A DNA stretch of 64,000 nt from Myxococcota bacterium (lineage in GTDB: Bacteria; Myxococcota_A; UBA796; UBA2385), in contig JBIJDH010000010.1 in NCBI GenBank assembly GCA_044344255.1, forward strand, positions 64,001 to 128,000, in the 5' to 3' direction. The translations under genes were made by a program, and so were the position numbers. Under the pieces are notes generated by a model. The model saw only the letters and a program-made list of their open reading frames with translations. It was not told the origin of the DNA and made no database searches. Shown piece by piece: positions 22,537 to 31,114 of this stretch; within the stretch, counting starts at the first letter, position 1, and every line of letters starts with the position of its first letter.

Positions 22537-23850
22537 TCAGGCGACCCTTCGCCGCCGGAGTAGGAGGAGCGGCAGGGCCAGCAGCCCGGCGGTTGGTCCG
22601 AAGCCGGAGGAGGCGCAGCCACCGCAGGCGGCGCCGCCCGAGCCCGACTTTGGCGGCGCGGCGTTGGAGCCGGTGTCGCCGGTGGGATCGGCGTCGGCGT
22701 CTCCGTCCGCATCCCCGTCGGCGTCGGCATCTCCATCGGCGTCCGCGTCGGCATCCCCATCCGCGTCGGTGTCGCTGTCCGCGTCGGCGTCTGTGTCCGC
22801 GTCCGCCTCGCCGGTGTCCGGATCCCCGGTGTCGCCGGGGATGGTGGGCTCGGCCATCTCGTAGGCGCCAAGGTCTGCGATGGCGATTCCGTCCCCGTCT
22901 CCGTCGAGGGGGCGAGCCGTGCCCTCGTGGTCGATGAGGACGGCGGTGCCCACGGCGGCGTCGATGGCCGGGGAGCCGGGGAGGAGCTGGAGGTCGTCGT
23001 TGGTCCAGTCGCCGTCGTCGGACCAGTCGACGAAGAGGGGGTCGGCCTCGATGTAGTCGGTGCCCCAGTCGACGCAGTCACTGCTGACACAGGCCCCGTT
23101 GTCCCAAAACAGGTTGTTCGACAGGTGCCAATCGGCGGCGTCGTAGGGAGGGTAGGTGCCCAAGGAGTAGCCGGTCGCGCCGACGAAGATATTGTCGGTG
23201 AAGGAGACGTCGTTCATATTCGGGCTGCCGATGAAGTGCCCACCGTTGCCCACGAAGGTGTTGTTCTGGACATCCAGGCTGGAGCCGCCCTCGTCGTACT
23301 CGAACGATTCGATCCCGGAGTTGTTGCCCAGGAAGAGGTTGTTCTGAATGGTGCCAGTGACGGACGCGAACTGAATGCCCCGGTCGCAATCCTCGAAGGT
23401 GGAGGAATCCACCTCGAAGAGACTCATGTATTCCGTGAAGATGCACACGTTGGTGCCACTACCATGGAATCCAACATGCTCGACCGTCACCTGGGGAGTG
23501 GCGCCACCGAATGTGGTAAGGGAGAGCGTGCCATCCCCGACGACTGGATCGGCCTCAAAGGTGATGCCAGAGACCAGCGCGCTGCCCTTGAAGTACAGCC
23601 CGAGGGTGGCATAGGCACCGCTGAAGGTCACTACCACCTGCTCTTCCCCATCGCCGACCAGCTCGATAGTCTGACCAGCCCAGGAGTCCTCTTCGATGAT
23701 GTATGCGCCCGATCGCACCTCGATTCGGACCTCGTCCGGCGCGTCCGCCAGAGCATCGGCCAGCTCGGTGTAGTCACCACCGCCTGCGGGATCGACGACG
23801 AGCGTGGGAACAGCGGCGAAGAGCGAAGAGCTGATGAGGAGGTAGAACAT
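22537..23850 (-). CDS. Secreted right-handed beta-helix surface protein with Asp/Ala linker and MYXO-CTERM-like tail
   Basis: Signal peptide; NNLF/NNTF/DNIF beta-helix repeats; LLPGSPAIDA...DLGAYE; (DA)n tract; C-terminal CGGCAS...LLALPLLLLRRRR. Confidence 0.8.
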   Translation of the reverse strand: MFYLLISSSLFAAVPTLVVDPAGGGDYTELADALADAPDEVRIEVRSGAYIIEEDSWAGQTIELVGDGEEQVVVTFSGAYATLGLYFKGSALVSGITFEADPVVGDGTLSLTTFGGATPQVTVEHVGFHGSGTNVCIFTEYMSLFEVDSSTFEDCDRGIQFASVTGTIQNNLFLGNNSGIESFEYDEGGSSLDVQNNTFVGNGGHFIGSPNMNDVSFTDNIFVGATGYSLGTYPPYDAADWHLSNNLFWDNGACVSSDCVDWGTDYIEADPLFVDWSDDGDWTNDDLQLLPGSPAIDAAVGTAVLIDHEGTARPLDGDGDGIAIADLGAYEMAEPTIPGDTGDPDTGEADADTDADADSDTDADGDADADADGDADADGDADGDADADPTGDTGSNAAPPKSGSGGAACGGCASSGFGPTAGLLALPLLLLRRRRVA

Positions 23851-25431
23851 CAGTTGATCAACTCTGCGAAGTAGACGGCCGGGGTGTTGACGCCGTTGAT
23901 GCAGGTCATGGCGGCCCCATCGTAGTTGGCAGCCGAGCCTGCGTCGAAGAACATTCCCTCCCGAGGCGTGCTACCGTCGAGATAGGTGAAGACGTCTACG
24001 TTGGCCATGCAGTCGGTGTCGAGCGGCGTGTCATAGATGTCGTCGAACTTGAAGGTGGGATTGGGCTGGCAGTCGAGGCAGTCTTCGACTGTTGGCGATG
24101 AGGACAGGTCGGTGACATAAAAGGTGGTCAGCGTGCCGGCATTCCAGGCCTTCGCATAGACCTTGAAGTCGTCCGTGGCCCCGTCGGGGAGGGGGACCAC
24201 ACCCGGGTCGTGGTAGTCGGCGATGAGGGCCTCGGGGCAGCCTGAGCCGTCCAGGCTCACCACCCACTCCTGTCCTGAGGCATCCCAGGTGGCCAGCAGG
24301 ATGTCATTTTTGTTGTCGTTGTCGGGCAGCGTGGCTTGGCAGGTACCGTCCTCCTCGTCGTCCCCTTCGCCGGAGAAGAGCACCATCGGCTCATCCACGC
24401 TGAGGTCGGGGGGGCCCAGCACCATGTACTCCCAGGCCCACCGGCCGTGCAGGGCGTTGTCCACCTCGGAGCAGCCTGCGGTGCCGTCGGCGCAGATGGC
24501 CACCTCGCCGACCCCCGACCAGTCGCAGACCCCGGGATTCCCGGAGTTGCAGGTGAGGTCGTAGAGCCCGAAGTCGTCGCCGATGTCGTCCACCGAATCC
24601 ACGGAGACCACGTGATTGTCGGGAAACCAGGATCCTGAGCCGGGGTGGTTCTGCGCGAGCAGGCGCACGACGTCATCCACGCCATCGTTCACGGGCAAAG
24701 CATAGGGATGACCAATGTACTTGAAGTCGTCCACGGCGGTCTCACTCTGGGCCACCGGCACAGGCGGGGCGAGCCAGGTGGCGTTGTTGAAGTCCTGCCA
24801 ACCCGATGTCGTCGCGTACTTGTACTTGATCGTGTGATTGCTGGAGTCCTCCCAGTACATGGCCAGGTGATCGTCCCGCGTCCACCCGCTCGGGTAGAAG
24901 AAGACCGAGGCCGCCCCGGGCCCCTGCTGGGCGTAGTCCGTGGTGGAGGCTGCGGTGACGCCTGTCACCAGCCAGACCTCGGGTTCGGTGGAGAGGATGT
25001 AGGTGTCGTTGGTTGGGCTGTCCTCGGCGTCACCCAGCAGGTCCGTACAGCCGGAGTCATCGCAGGCGTAGATCTTGAAGTAATACTCCCTGTCCGCCCG
25101 GTAGACGAAGGTGTTTCGGCTGGTGTTCACCGCGGGGGCGTCGAACTGGATCCCGTCGGTGGGGGAGGTGGGCGTCCCGGCATCGTTCAGCACGATCCGG
25201 TACTTCTGGAGAGAGAAGCTACCGCAACTGGAGGCCGCCGCGGCCCAGGACACCGTGAAGGCCGCCGAAGAGCGGGGGTCGTGGGTGACCGCGGCGAGCT
25301 CCGCGTCCCAGCCACAAGCCGCGTGGGCGGAGCGCGGCACGACCAGCGTCAGGAGGCTACCGGCGACAACGACGAGGCAGCGAGGCAGCGAGGCAGCGAG
25401 GCAGCGAGGCAGCGAGGCAGCGAGGCAGCAT
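23850..25431 (-). CDS. Secreted Cys/Asp-rich hypothetical protein; 5' end frameshifted by an octamer repeat (candidate phase-variable gene)
   Basis: Long ORF 23850-25340. The RBS-bearing ATG at 25431 is out of frame because of 7 copies of CTGCCTCG; 2, 5 or 8 copies restore the frame and signal peptide. Confidence 0.7.
25373..25428. repeat. Perfect simple sequence repeat (CGAGGCAG)x7
   Basis: Counted directly; 56 bp, immediately adjacent to the minus-strand ATG at 25429-25431. Confidence 0.97.
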
Positions 25432-25758
25432 ACGACGACTCCGAGAGGGCTACGTGCAATATCGAAGACTCACGCCCCAATCCTATATGACCGCGTAGTC
25501 CCCGTCTCACCCGAAACCGTCCCGCACACCTTCTTGACAATAACTGACAGTCGCTTACGGCAGAACCTGCCGGCCAACCCGCTTCCCAAGCGTTGAGGAC
25601 GCGAGAGCCCGCCCAGCGCCTCGCCGACAGACACCGGACCCGGTCCGCCGAGGCCTATGGCCCCTCGCTCACGCTCTACAAGATGGCCACGGTCAGCGCC
25701 GAAGAGGACGGCGCGCTCCGACCCCGCGCCTCCGCGCATCGGGGCAACGTACCGCCGC

Positions 25759-26358
25759 TCAATCCAGCAGCTCCACGTCCACCGAGCCTTCCACCTCGTC
25801 CGGCCTCTGGCAGCAGCCGCTCGTCGCGCCGTCGACGCCCGCGCGCACGGCCCACTCGACGGTGACGGGGGCGTCGCCGATCGCCTGGAGTTGGTACTCT
25901 ACGACCGCCTCGCAGGAGGAAGCGCCGTCGGCGCAGGTGAGCTCGAGGTCACAGAAGATCCACTCCGGGGCGCCGGTGTCCGAGTCCTCCCTCTCGATCT
26001 CGATCTCGCAGGTGCGGGTTGTGTCGCCCACCACCTGACCGTTCACGCGCACCCCAAGCCCCCCGCCAACGGTTGAGCCGCCTCCCGCCCCGGAGAGACC
26101 GTTGACCCGCAGGCCCACCCACCAGTAGGACACGCCCAGCTCATTCTCCATGGCCGTACGGAAGCGCAGCGAGGCCGGCTCATCCGGACTGAGCACGATC
26201 GTCCCGTCCAGGTCTTGTACCAAGCCCCAATAGGGCAGCTTGAAGGCCATCCCCACCGCTGCGGCGAACACCAGCGCCCACGCTCTGCGCCGACTGTCAC
26301 CGGCCCCCCGTCGCGCCTCCACGCGCGGAGCGGAGCGGTTCGGGTCTCTACGGCTCAA
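25759..26358 (-). CDS. Hypothetical exported or membrane-anchored beta-rich protein with Cys pairs
   Basis: N-terminal hydrophobic segment followed by beta-strand-like sequence; start uncertain. Confidence 0.5.
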   Translation of the reverse strand: MSRRDPNRSAPRVEARRGAGDSRRRAWALVFAAAVGMAFKLPYWGLVQDLDGTIVLSPDEPASLRFRTAMENELGVSYWWVGLRVNGLSGAGGGSTVGGGLGVRVNGQVVGDTTRTCEIEIEREDSDTGAPEWIFCDLELTCADGASSCEAVVEYQLQAIGDAPVTVEWAVRAGVDGATSGCCQRPDEVEGSVDVELLD

Positions 26359-26418
26359 GGGCTCACCTCTGCATCTGTGGCGTCGGAGCTCAGCTCTCCC
26401 CCACCGTCTATCTGGGGC

Positions 26419-29268
26419 TCAGCCCAATCGCCGCTCCCAGGCCCGCAACAGCGGCTCGAGGTGCCCGCGCAGGGCCTCCTTTACGGAGGGGACCACGGCG
26501 TCGGTGCGCGGGTCGCGGACGGTGCCGCCGACGATGCCATAGGTGCGCGCCAGCTCGAGCTCGGCGGGCTCGGCGAGGCCGGCCTGGAGGTCTGCGCCCA
26601 GGCGGGAGAGGGTGGGGCGGTCGGCGCCGTGGAGGACGTGGCTGAGACCACGAGCCGGGAGGTCGATCCTCAGCCGACAGCGGCGCTGGGCGAGGAGCCG
26701 GCCCCGGACATGCCGGGCGTCCTCCACCTCGGCCCGGTGGGCGCCGGCCCCGCCGCGGGCGGGGAAGACCTCCACCCGCGCCCGCTCGACCTCCCCGTCG
26801 TTCACCCGGCGGCGGTGGAGCCCCCGCTCCATCTCGAGGATGCGCAGCACGCCGGGCCCCTCGACCTCGAGCACCGCCGAGAGGAGCTGGCCGTTCTGCT
26901 CCTCCTCGGCGGCGACCGAGACGCGGAGGCCCTGGCGCGGCAGCCAGGCGGCGTACAGCCCGACGAGCTCGGTCAGCCAGTCGCTGGCCGGGCTGAGCGG
27001 GTCGCCCGAGCTCAAGTACAGCCAGGCCGCGGGGATCGAGAGCCCATCGCCCACCTCGGCGGCGCGGCGGCCGGCGGCGGCGGACTCCTCGATGAGCCGG
27101 GCGAGCTCCTCCAACGGAGGCCAGGCGCCGCGATCGACGAGCGCACCGAGGCGGAGCGCGGGCTCGGCGAGGCGGGCGTCGGTCTGGATGCGGGCGTCGA
27201 GCGAGGCGTACCGCTGGAGCAGGGCCTGGGCGGCCTCGGCGTCATCCCAGAAGGTGGGGGCGTGGCTCTGCTCGATGAGCGCCGCCGCCTGGCTGACCCG
27301 CGCCGCCGCCGCCTCGTGAAGCGGCTCCCAGCGCTGCGCCTGCTCGCGGGCGGCCGCCTGCAGCTCCTCTTGGTCGAGGTGGCGCGGCCGCTCGCCCACC
27401 CGGAGCGTGGCCTTGGGCTCGGCCTGGGGCAGCACCCGCACCTGCACGCGGTCGGCCCGGATGGTGACCTGCAGCCGCGCGCCCGAGCTGCGCTGAGAGC
27501 GCACGATGGCCTCGGCGACGGCGCCCGCGACGTCGCGCTCGATGACCCGCCGGAGGAAGCGGGCCCCGTAGAGGGGGTGGTAGCCGTGGGCCGCCAGCCA
27601 CTCGACCACCTCGGGCTCGAATTCCACCTTGTGACCGCGGTGTCGGATGCCCTCTCGTTGCAGCAGGCCCGCGAGCTCCCGCTGGGCGATGGCCCGGATG
27701 TGGGCGCGGTCGAGCGGGTGGAAGTGGACGATGCGGTCGAAGCGGTTGAGCAGCTCGAAGGCGAAGCTCCGGTGGAGGCGCCGGTCGAGCTCGGCGTCGA
27801 GGGCGGCGAGGTCGGGCACGCCCTGAAAGCCGATGCCCTTCTCTCGAAAGACCTCGGCGCCGGTGTTCGAGGTGGCGATGATGATGAGGCTGCGGGCCGA
27901 GATGGTGTCGCCGGCCCCGTTCGTAAACTGCCCCTCATCGAAGAGCTGCATCAGGGCGTTGTGGACCTTGCTCGTCGCCTTCTCGAACTCGTCGAGCAGC
28001 AGCACGCCGAAGGGGTGGCCGCGCAGCCGCTTGGCCAGGGCGCCCACCTTGTTGTCGGGCGGGTAGCCGTTCGGGTCCCCCATCAGGTTGTTGAGCCCGT
28101 TGTCGTCGGCGAAGTCGGTGAGGTTCACCCGCACCATGCGCTGGCGGTCGCCGAAGAGGTACTCGGCGAGGAGCTGGGCGGTGTGCGTCTTGCCGACGCC
28201 GGTGGGGCCCACGAAGAGGAAGACGCCGAAGGGCCGGTTGCTGTCGGTGAGGCCGGCCTTGATGATGGCCACCATGCGCATCACCGCCTCGACCGACTCG
28301 GCCTGCCCGAGCAGGCGCTCCTCGAGGAAGCGGCCCATGGCGGCGAGATCAAGCGGCTCTTCGGGATCGACCAGCCGCGAGGGCACCCGGGTGGAGGCGC
28401 TGAAGCGGGCCACCACGTCCTTCGGCGTGACCACGAGGGGGGCGGCGTTGGGGGAGGGGTCATCGCGGGCGGGGAGGAGGTCGCGGGTCTGGCTCAGGAG
28501 CTCGAGCACCTTCCGCGGGTAGGGCTTGTCGCCGAGGAAGCGCCCGGTGAGCTCGATGGCGATGTGCTGGGCCTCGGCGTTGACCGCGCGGTGGCTGCGG
28601 CCGGCCTGCGTCTCGCTCCAGCGGGCGACGATGCGCTGCAGCTCGGTGCCCTTGGGCTCGGTGACCGGGATGAGCAGCAGGGTCTCGGCCAGATCGCTCG
28701 AGAAGTCGAGCATCTGCTCGAGGTCTTGCAGCGCCCCCTCGCCGAGGAGGGGGAGGCCCGACTGGACGAGGAAGCGGTAAAGGATGGCCTCCCAGTCCAT
28801 CCGATAGGCGATGTGGACGTCGCGGATGTAGACGATGACGCCAGCGGCGGCGAGGGCGTCGAAGAGTCGGTGGGCGAACTCGCCGGCCTGCTCGCGGTCC
28901 TTGAACTGGGTGGAGATGTTGCGGAGGCTGAGCTGCACCACCCGGCGGTCGCGCAGCACCGCCGCACCCTGCCCGGCGAGGGCCCGCCGCACGACCTCGT
29001 GGATGATCACCGTCTTGCCGATGCCCGCCTTGCCGACGAGCACGGGCGAGCGGGCCGGCGTGATCGAGAGCATCTCCTCGACCTGCCGCACGGTGTCGTC
29101 GACCTCGAAGGCCGGGCTCAGCCGCCCCTCGCGGAGGGCGGCGCTCAGGTCTTGATCGATCCACCGCTCGATGTCGACCGGCTTGTCGTCTCGCGCCCCG
29201 CCCGCCCCGCCCGCCTCGCCCGCTTCGTACTCTTGGAGGTCCTCCTCCTCTTCCCGCCGCTTGCCCAT
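26419..29268 (-). CDS. ClpA/B-like double AAA+ ATPase fused to a release-factor-2-like (PCRF) C-terminal region
   Basis: GKAGIGKT; RPFGVFLFVGPTGVGKT, LLDEFEKA, IIIATSN, IGF, ELLNRFD, YGARFLRRVIE; then FWDD, DWLTELVGLYAAW, ERGLHR, RTY and VRDPRT. GGAGG RBS before ATG 29268. Confidence 0.88.
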   Translation of the reverse strand: MGKRREEEEDLQEYEAGEAGGAGGARDDKPVDIERWIDQDLSAALREGRLSPAFEVDDTVRQVEEMLSITPARSPVLVGKAGIGKTVIIHEVVRRALAGQGAAVLRDRRVVQLSLRNISTQFKDREQAGEFAHRLFDALAAAGVIVYIRDVHIAYRMDWEAILYRFLVQSGLPLLGEGALQDLEQMLDFSSDLAETLLLIPVTEPKGTELQRIVARWSETQAGRSHRAVNAEAQHIAIELTGRFLGDKPYPRKVLELLSQTRDLLPARDDPSPNAAPLVVTPKDVVARFSASTRVPSRLVDPEEPLDLAAMGRFLEERLLGQAESVEAVMRMVAIIKAGLTDSNRPFGVFLFVGPTGVGKTHTAQLLAEYLFGDRQRMVRVNLTDFADDNGLNNLMGDPNGYPPDNKVGALAKRLRGHPFGVLLLDEFEKATSKVHNALMQLFDEGQFTNGAGDTISARSLIIIATSNTGAEVFREKGIGFQGVPDLAALDAELDRRLHRSFAFELLNRFDRIVHFHPLDRAHIRAIAQRELAGLLQREGIRHRGHKVEFEPEVVEWLAAHGYHPLYGARFLRRVIERDVAGAVAEAIVRSQRSSGARLQVTIRADRVQVRVLPQAEPKATLRVGERPRHLDQEELQAAAREQAQRWEPLHEAAAARVSQAAALIEQSHAPTFWDDAEAAQALLQRYASLDARIQTDARLAEPALRLGALVDRGAWPPLEELARLIEESAAAGRRAAEVGDGLSIPAAWLYLSSGDPLSPASDWLTELVGLYAAWLPRQGLRVSVAAEEEQNGQLLSAVLEVEGPGVLRILEMERGLHRRRVNDGEVERARVEVFPARGGAGAHRAEVEDARHVRGRLLAQRRCRLRIDLPARGLSHVLHGADRPTLSRLGADLQAGLAEPAELELARTYGIVGGTVRDPRTDAVVPSVKEALRGHLEPLLRAWERRLG

Positions 29269-29335
29269 TCGGCCTCCGATCCGAGAGGGTAACCAGCGCG
29301 GGGAGCGGGGGTCGGCCGGGGCCCCCGCGGGAGGC

Positions 29336-31006
29336 TCAGGGGAGCTCGACCACGAGGCGGGCGCGGACGGGGAGGTCGTGGAGCTCGACCGCGGGGCTCC
29401 CGGGGAGCTCCACGCGCAGGAGGTCGATCTGCGCTGCGTCTCCGAGGCCGAAGTGGGCCTCGACGGGGAGGCTGGTCTCGAGGCTGGTGCCCCCGGCGAG
29501 GAGCCAGCGGGTCTGCACGCGGCCCCCCGCCTCCACCTGAACCCGGGCGCCGGCGCCGGTCGAGTTGCCCGGCGGCCCCTCGACCGAGACGGTGATCCAG
29601 GCGCGATCGTCGCAGGCGCCGTGCCACACCCGGGCCGGCGCGCCGCGGGGGGAGGTGACGAGGTCGAGGGCGCCGTCGCCGTCGAGGTCGAGCACGCCGA
29701 GGGCCCGCCCCTCGGAGGGGTCATCGAGGCCGAGCGCGACCCCCGCCGCCTCAAAACGATCGCCGCGGTCGAGCCAGACGGCGTCGGGCTGGCCGGCGGG
29801 GTTCGAGGCCGCCGCTGCCTCCTCCTCCGAGCCTTGCCCGAAGACCATCATGGCGTCGACGTCGCCGTCATTGTCGAGGTCTTCGAGGGCGTTGCCCCAG
29901 CCGGCGACCTGCGCGTCCTCGGGGCTGCGATCGAGCGCCATCGCCCGCCCGGCCTCATACCAGCTCCCGTCTCCGGCGCTCTCGAAGAGGCGGGGATCGC
30001 CCCAGTCGGAGATCAAGGCGTCGGGGAGGCCGTCGTCGTTGAGGTCGGCCCAGGAGACCCCCATGCCGGACATCACCACGTCGAGGCCCGCGAGCGGGGC
30101 GGCGGTGAAGCGCCCGCCCCCGTCGTTCAGGTAGAGCGTGTTCCCGCCGTGAACGGGCGCGATGTGGTTGACGATGTAGAGGTCAGGGTCCTGATCGTGG
30201 TCGACGTCGATGAAGCTCGCCACCTTGGTGTACGCGAGGAGGGCGGCCTCGGGGAGGCGTTCCGAGGCGTCCTCGAAGGAGAAGGCGCCGGTGCGGAGGA
30301 GCAGCAGGTCGCGCGGATCGTGGCCGTCTGTCCCGTCGTTGGCCTGGTAGGCGTCGAGGTCACCGTCTCCGTCCACGTCCACCCAGGCGACCGAGCGGGC
30401 CTTGGTGGCGAGGCTCGGCCAGCCGACGAGGGCGCCGAGGCTGAAGTAGCCCACGCCATCGTTTACGAAGAGGGAGGGCGCGCCCTCCTGATCGAGGGCG
30501 AGGATGTCGACGTCACCGTCTTCGTCGAGGTCGAGCAGCGAGGCGATGCGCGGGGCCACCGGCGGGGCGCCGAGCCGGGCCGCGGTCTCCTCGCGGAAGG
30601 CCAGCGCGCCGGGGCTGCCCATGAGCAACATCGGGCCGTCACCATGCAGGAGCAGCAGGTCGCGGGCCCCGTCACCGTCGAGGTCGGCCACCGAGAGGGA
30701 CTGCCCCGCGTAGACGAGCGTGTCCTGGGCCCGCAGGCCGGCGTCGTCGTCGAGCGGGGTGAAGGCGGGGTCGCCCCCTGTTCGCGGGGCGTCACAGGGG
30801 GCGCTGGGCAGCAGGTGGTAGCCACCTCCGCTCCCGCTCCCGCTCCCGCTGTCGGCGCCCTCGCTGCCCGCCGCCGGCAGCGCGCACTTCGGGCCGGCCT
30901 CGCCCTGGCAGGCGATCGCGGCGACACCGAGCAGGCCCCAGAGCCCGAGGCGGCCAGAGATGCCGACACGGGGTCCAATCGATCGCGAATGGGGGAGAAT
31001 CAGCAA
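29336..31006 (-). CDS. CRTAC1/ASPIC-UnbV-type FG-GAP repeat lipoprotein
   Basis: About seven DLDGDG-type repeats; C-terminal GARVQV...AHFGLG; lipobox-like AIAC. Start (TTG 31006) is uncertain. Confidence 0.8.
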   Translation of the reverse strand: MLILPHSRSIGPRVGISGRLGLWGLLGVAAIACQGEAGPKCALPAAGSEGADSGSGSGSGGGYHLLPSAPCDAPRTGGDPAFTPLDDDAGLRAQDTLVYAGQSLSVADLDGDGARDLLLLHGDGPMLLMGSPGALAFREETAARLGAPPVAPRIASLLDLDEDGDVDILALDQEGAPSLFVNDGVGYFSLGALVGWPSLATKARSVAWVDVDGDGDLDAYQANDGTDGHDPRDLLLLRTGAFSFEDASERLPEAALLAYTKVASFIDVDHDQDPDLYIVNHIAPVHGGNTLYLNDGGGRFTAAPLAGLDVVMSGMGVSWADLNDDGLPDALISDWGDPRLFESAGDGSWYEAGRAMALDRSPEDAQVAGWGNALEDLDNDGDVDAMMVFGQGSEEEAAAASNPAGQPDAVWLDRGDRFEAAGVALGLDDPSEGRALGVLDLDGDGALDLVTSPRGAPARVWHGACDDRAWITVSVEGPPGNSTGAGARVQVEAGGRVQTRWLLAGGTSLETSLPVEAHFGLGDAAQIDLLRVELPGSPAVELHDLPVRARLVVELP

Positions 31007-31114
31007 GCTTGACTCGCCTTGACCTAGACAAGGAATGTTGATTGTCAGGTTGTCCAGGACGTCCAGAGAGGCGCCGCGGTCGATGGTATCGCATGGCGTC
31101 GCCGCTGGGGTCCC

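Noticed and set aside
25534..25549. Sigma70 -35 TTGACA, or a pho-box-like TGACA repeat
   Set aside because: There is no matching -10 at proper spacing, it points away from the adjacent gene, and the repeat period is 10 rather than 11.
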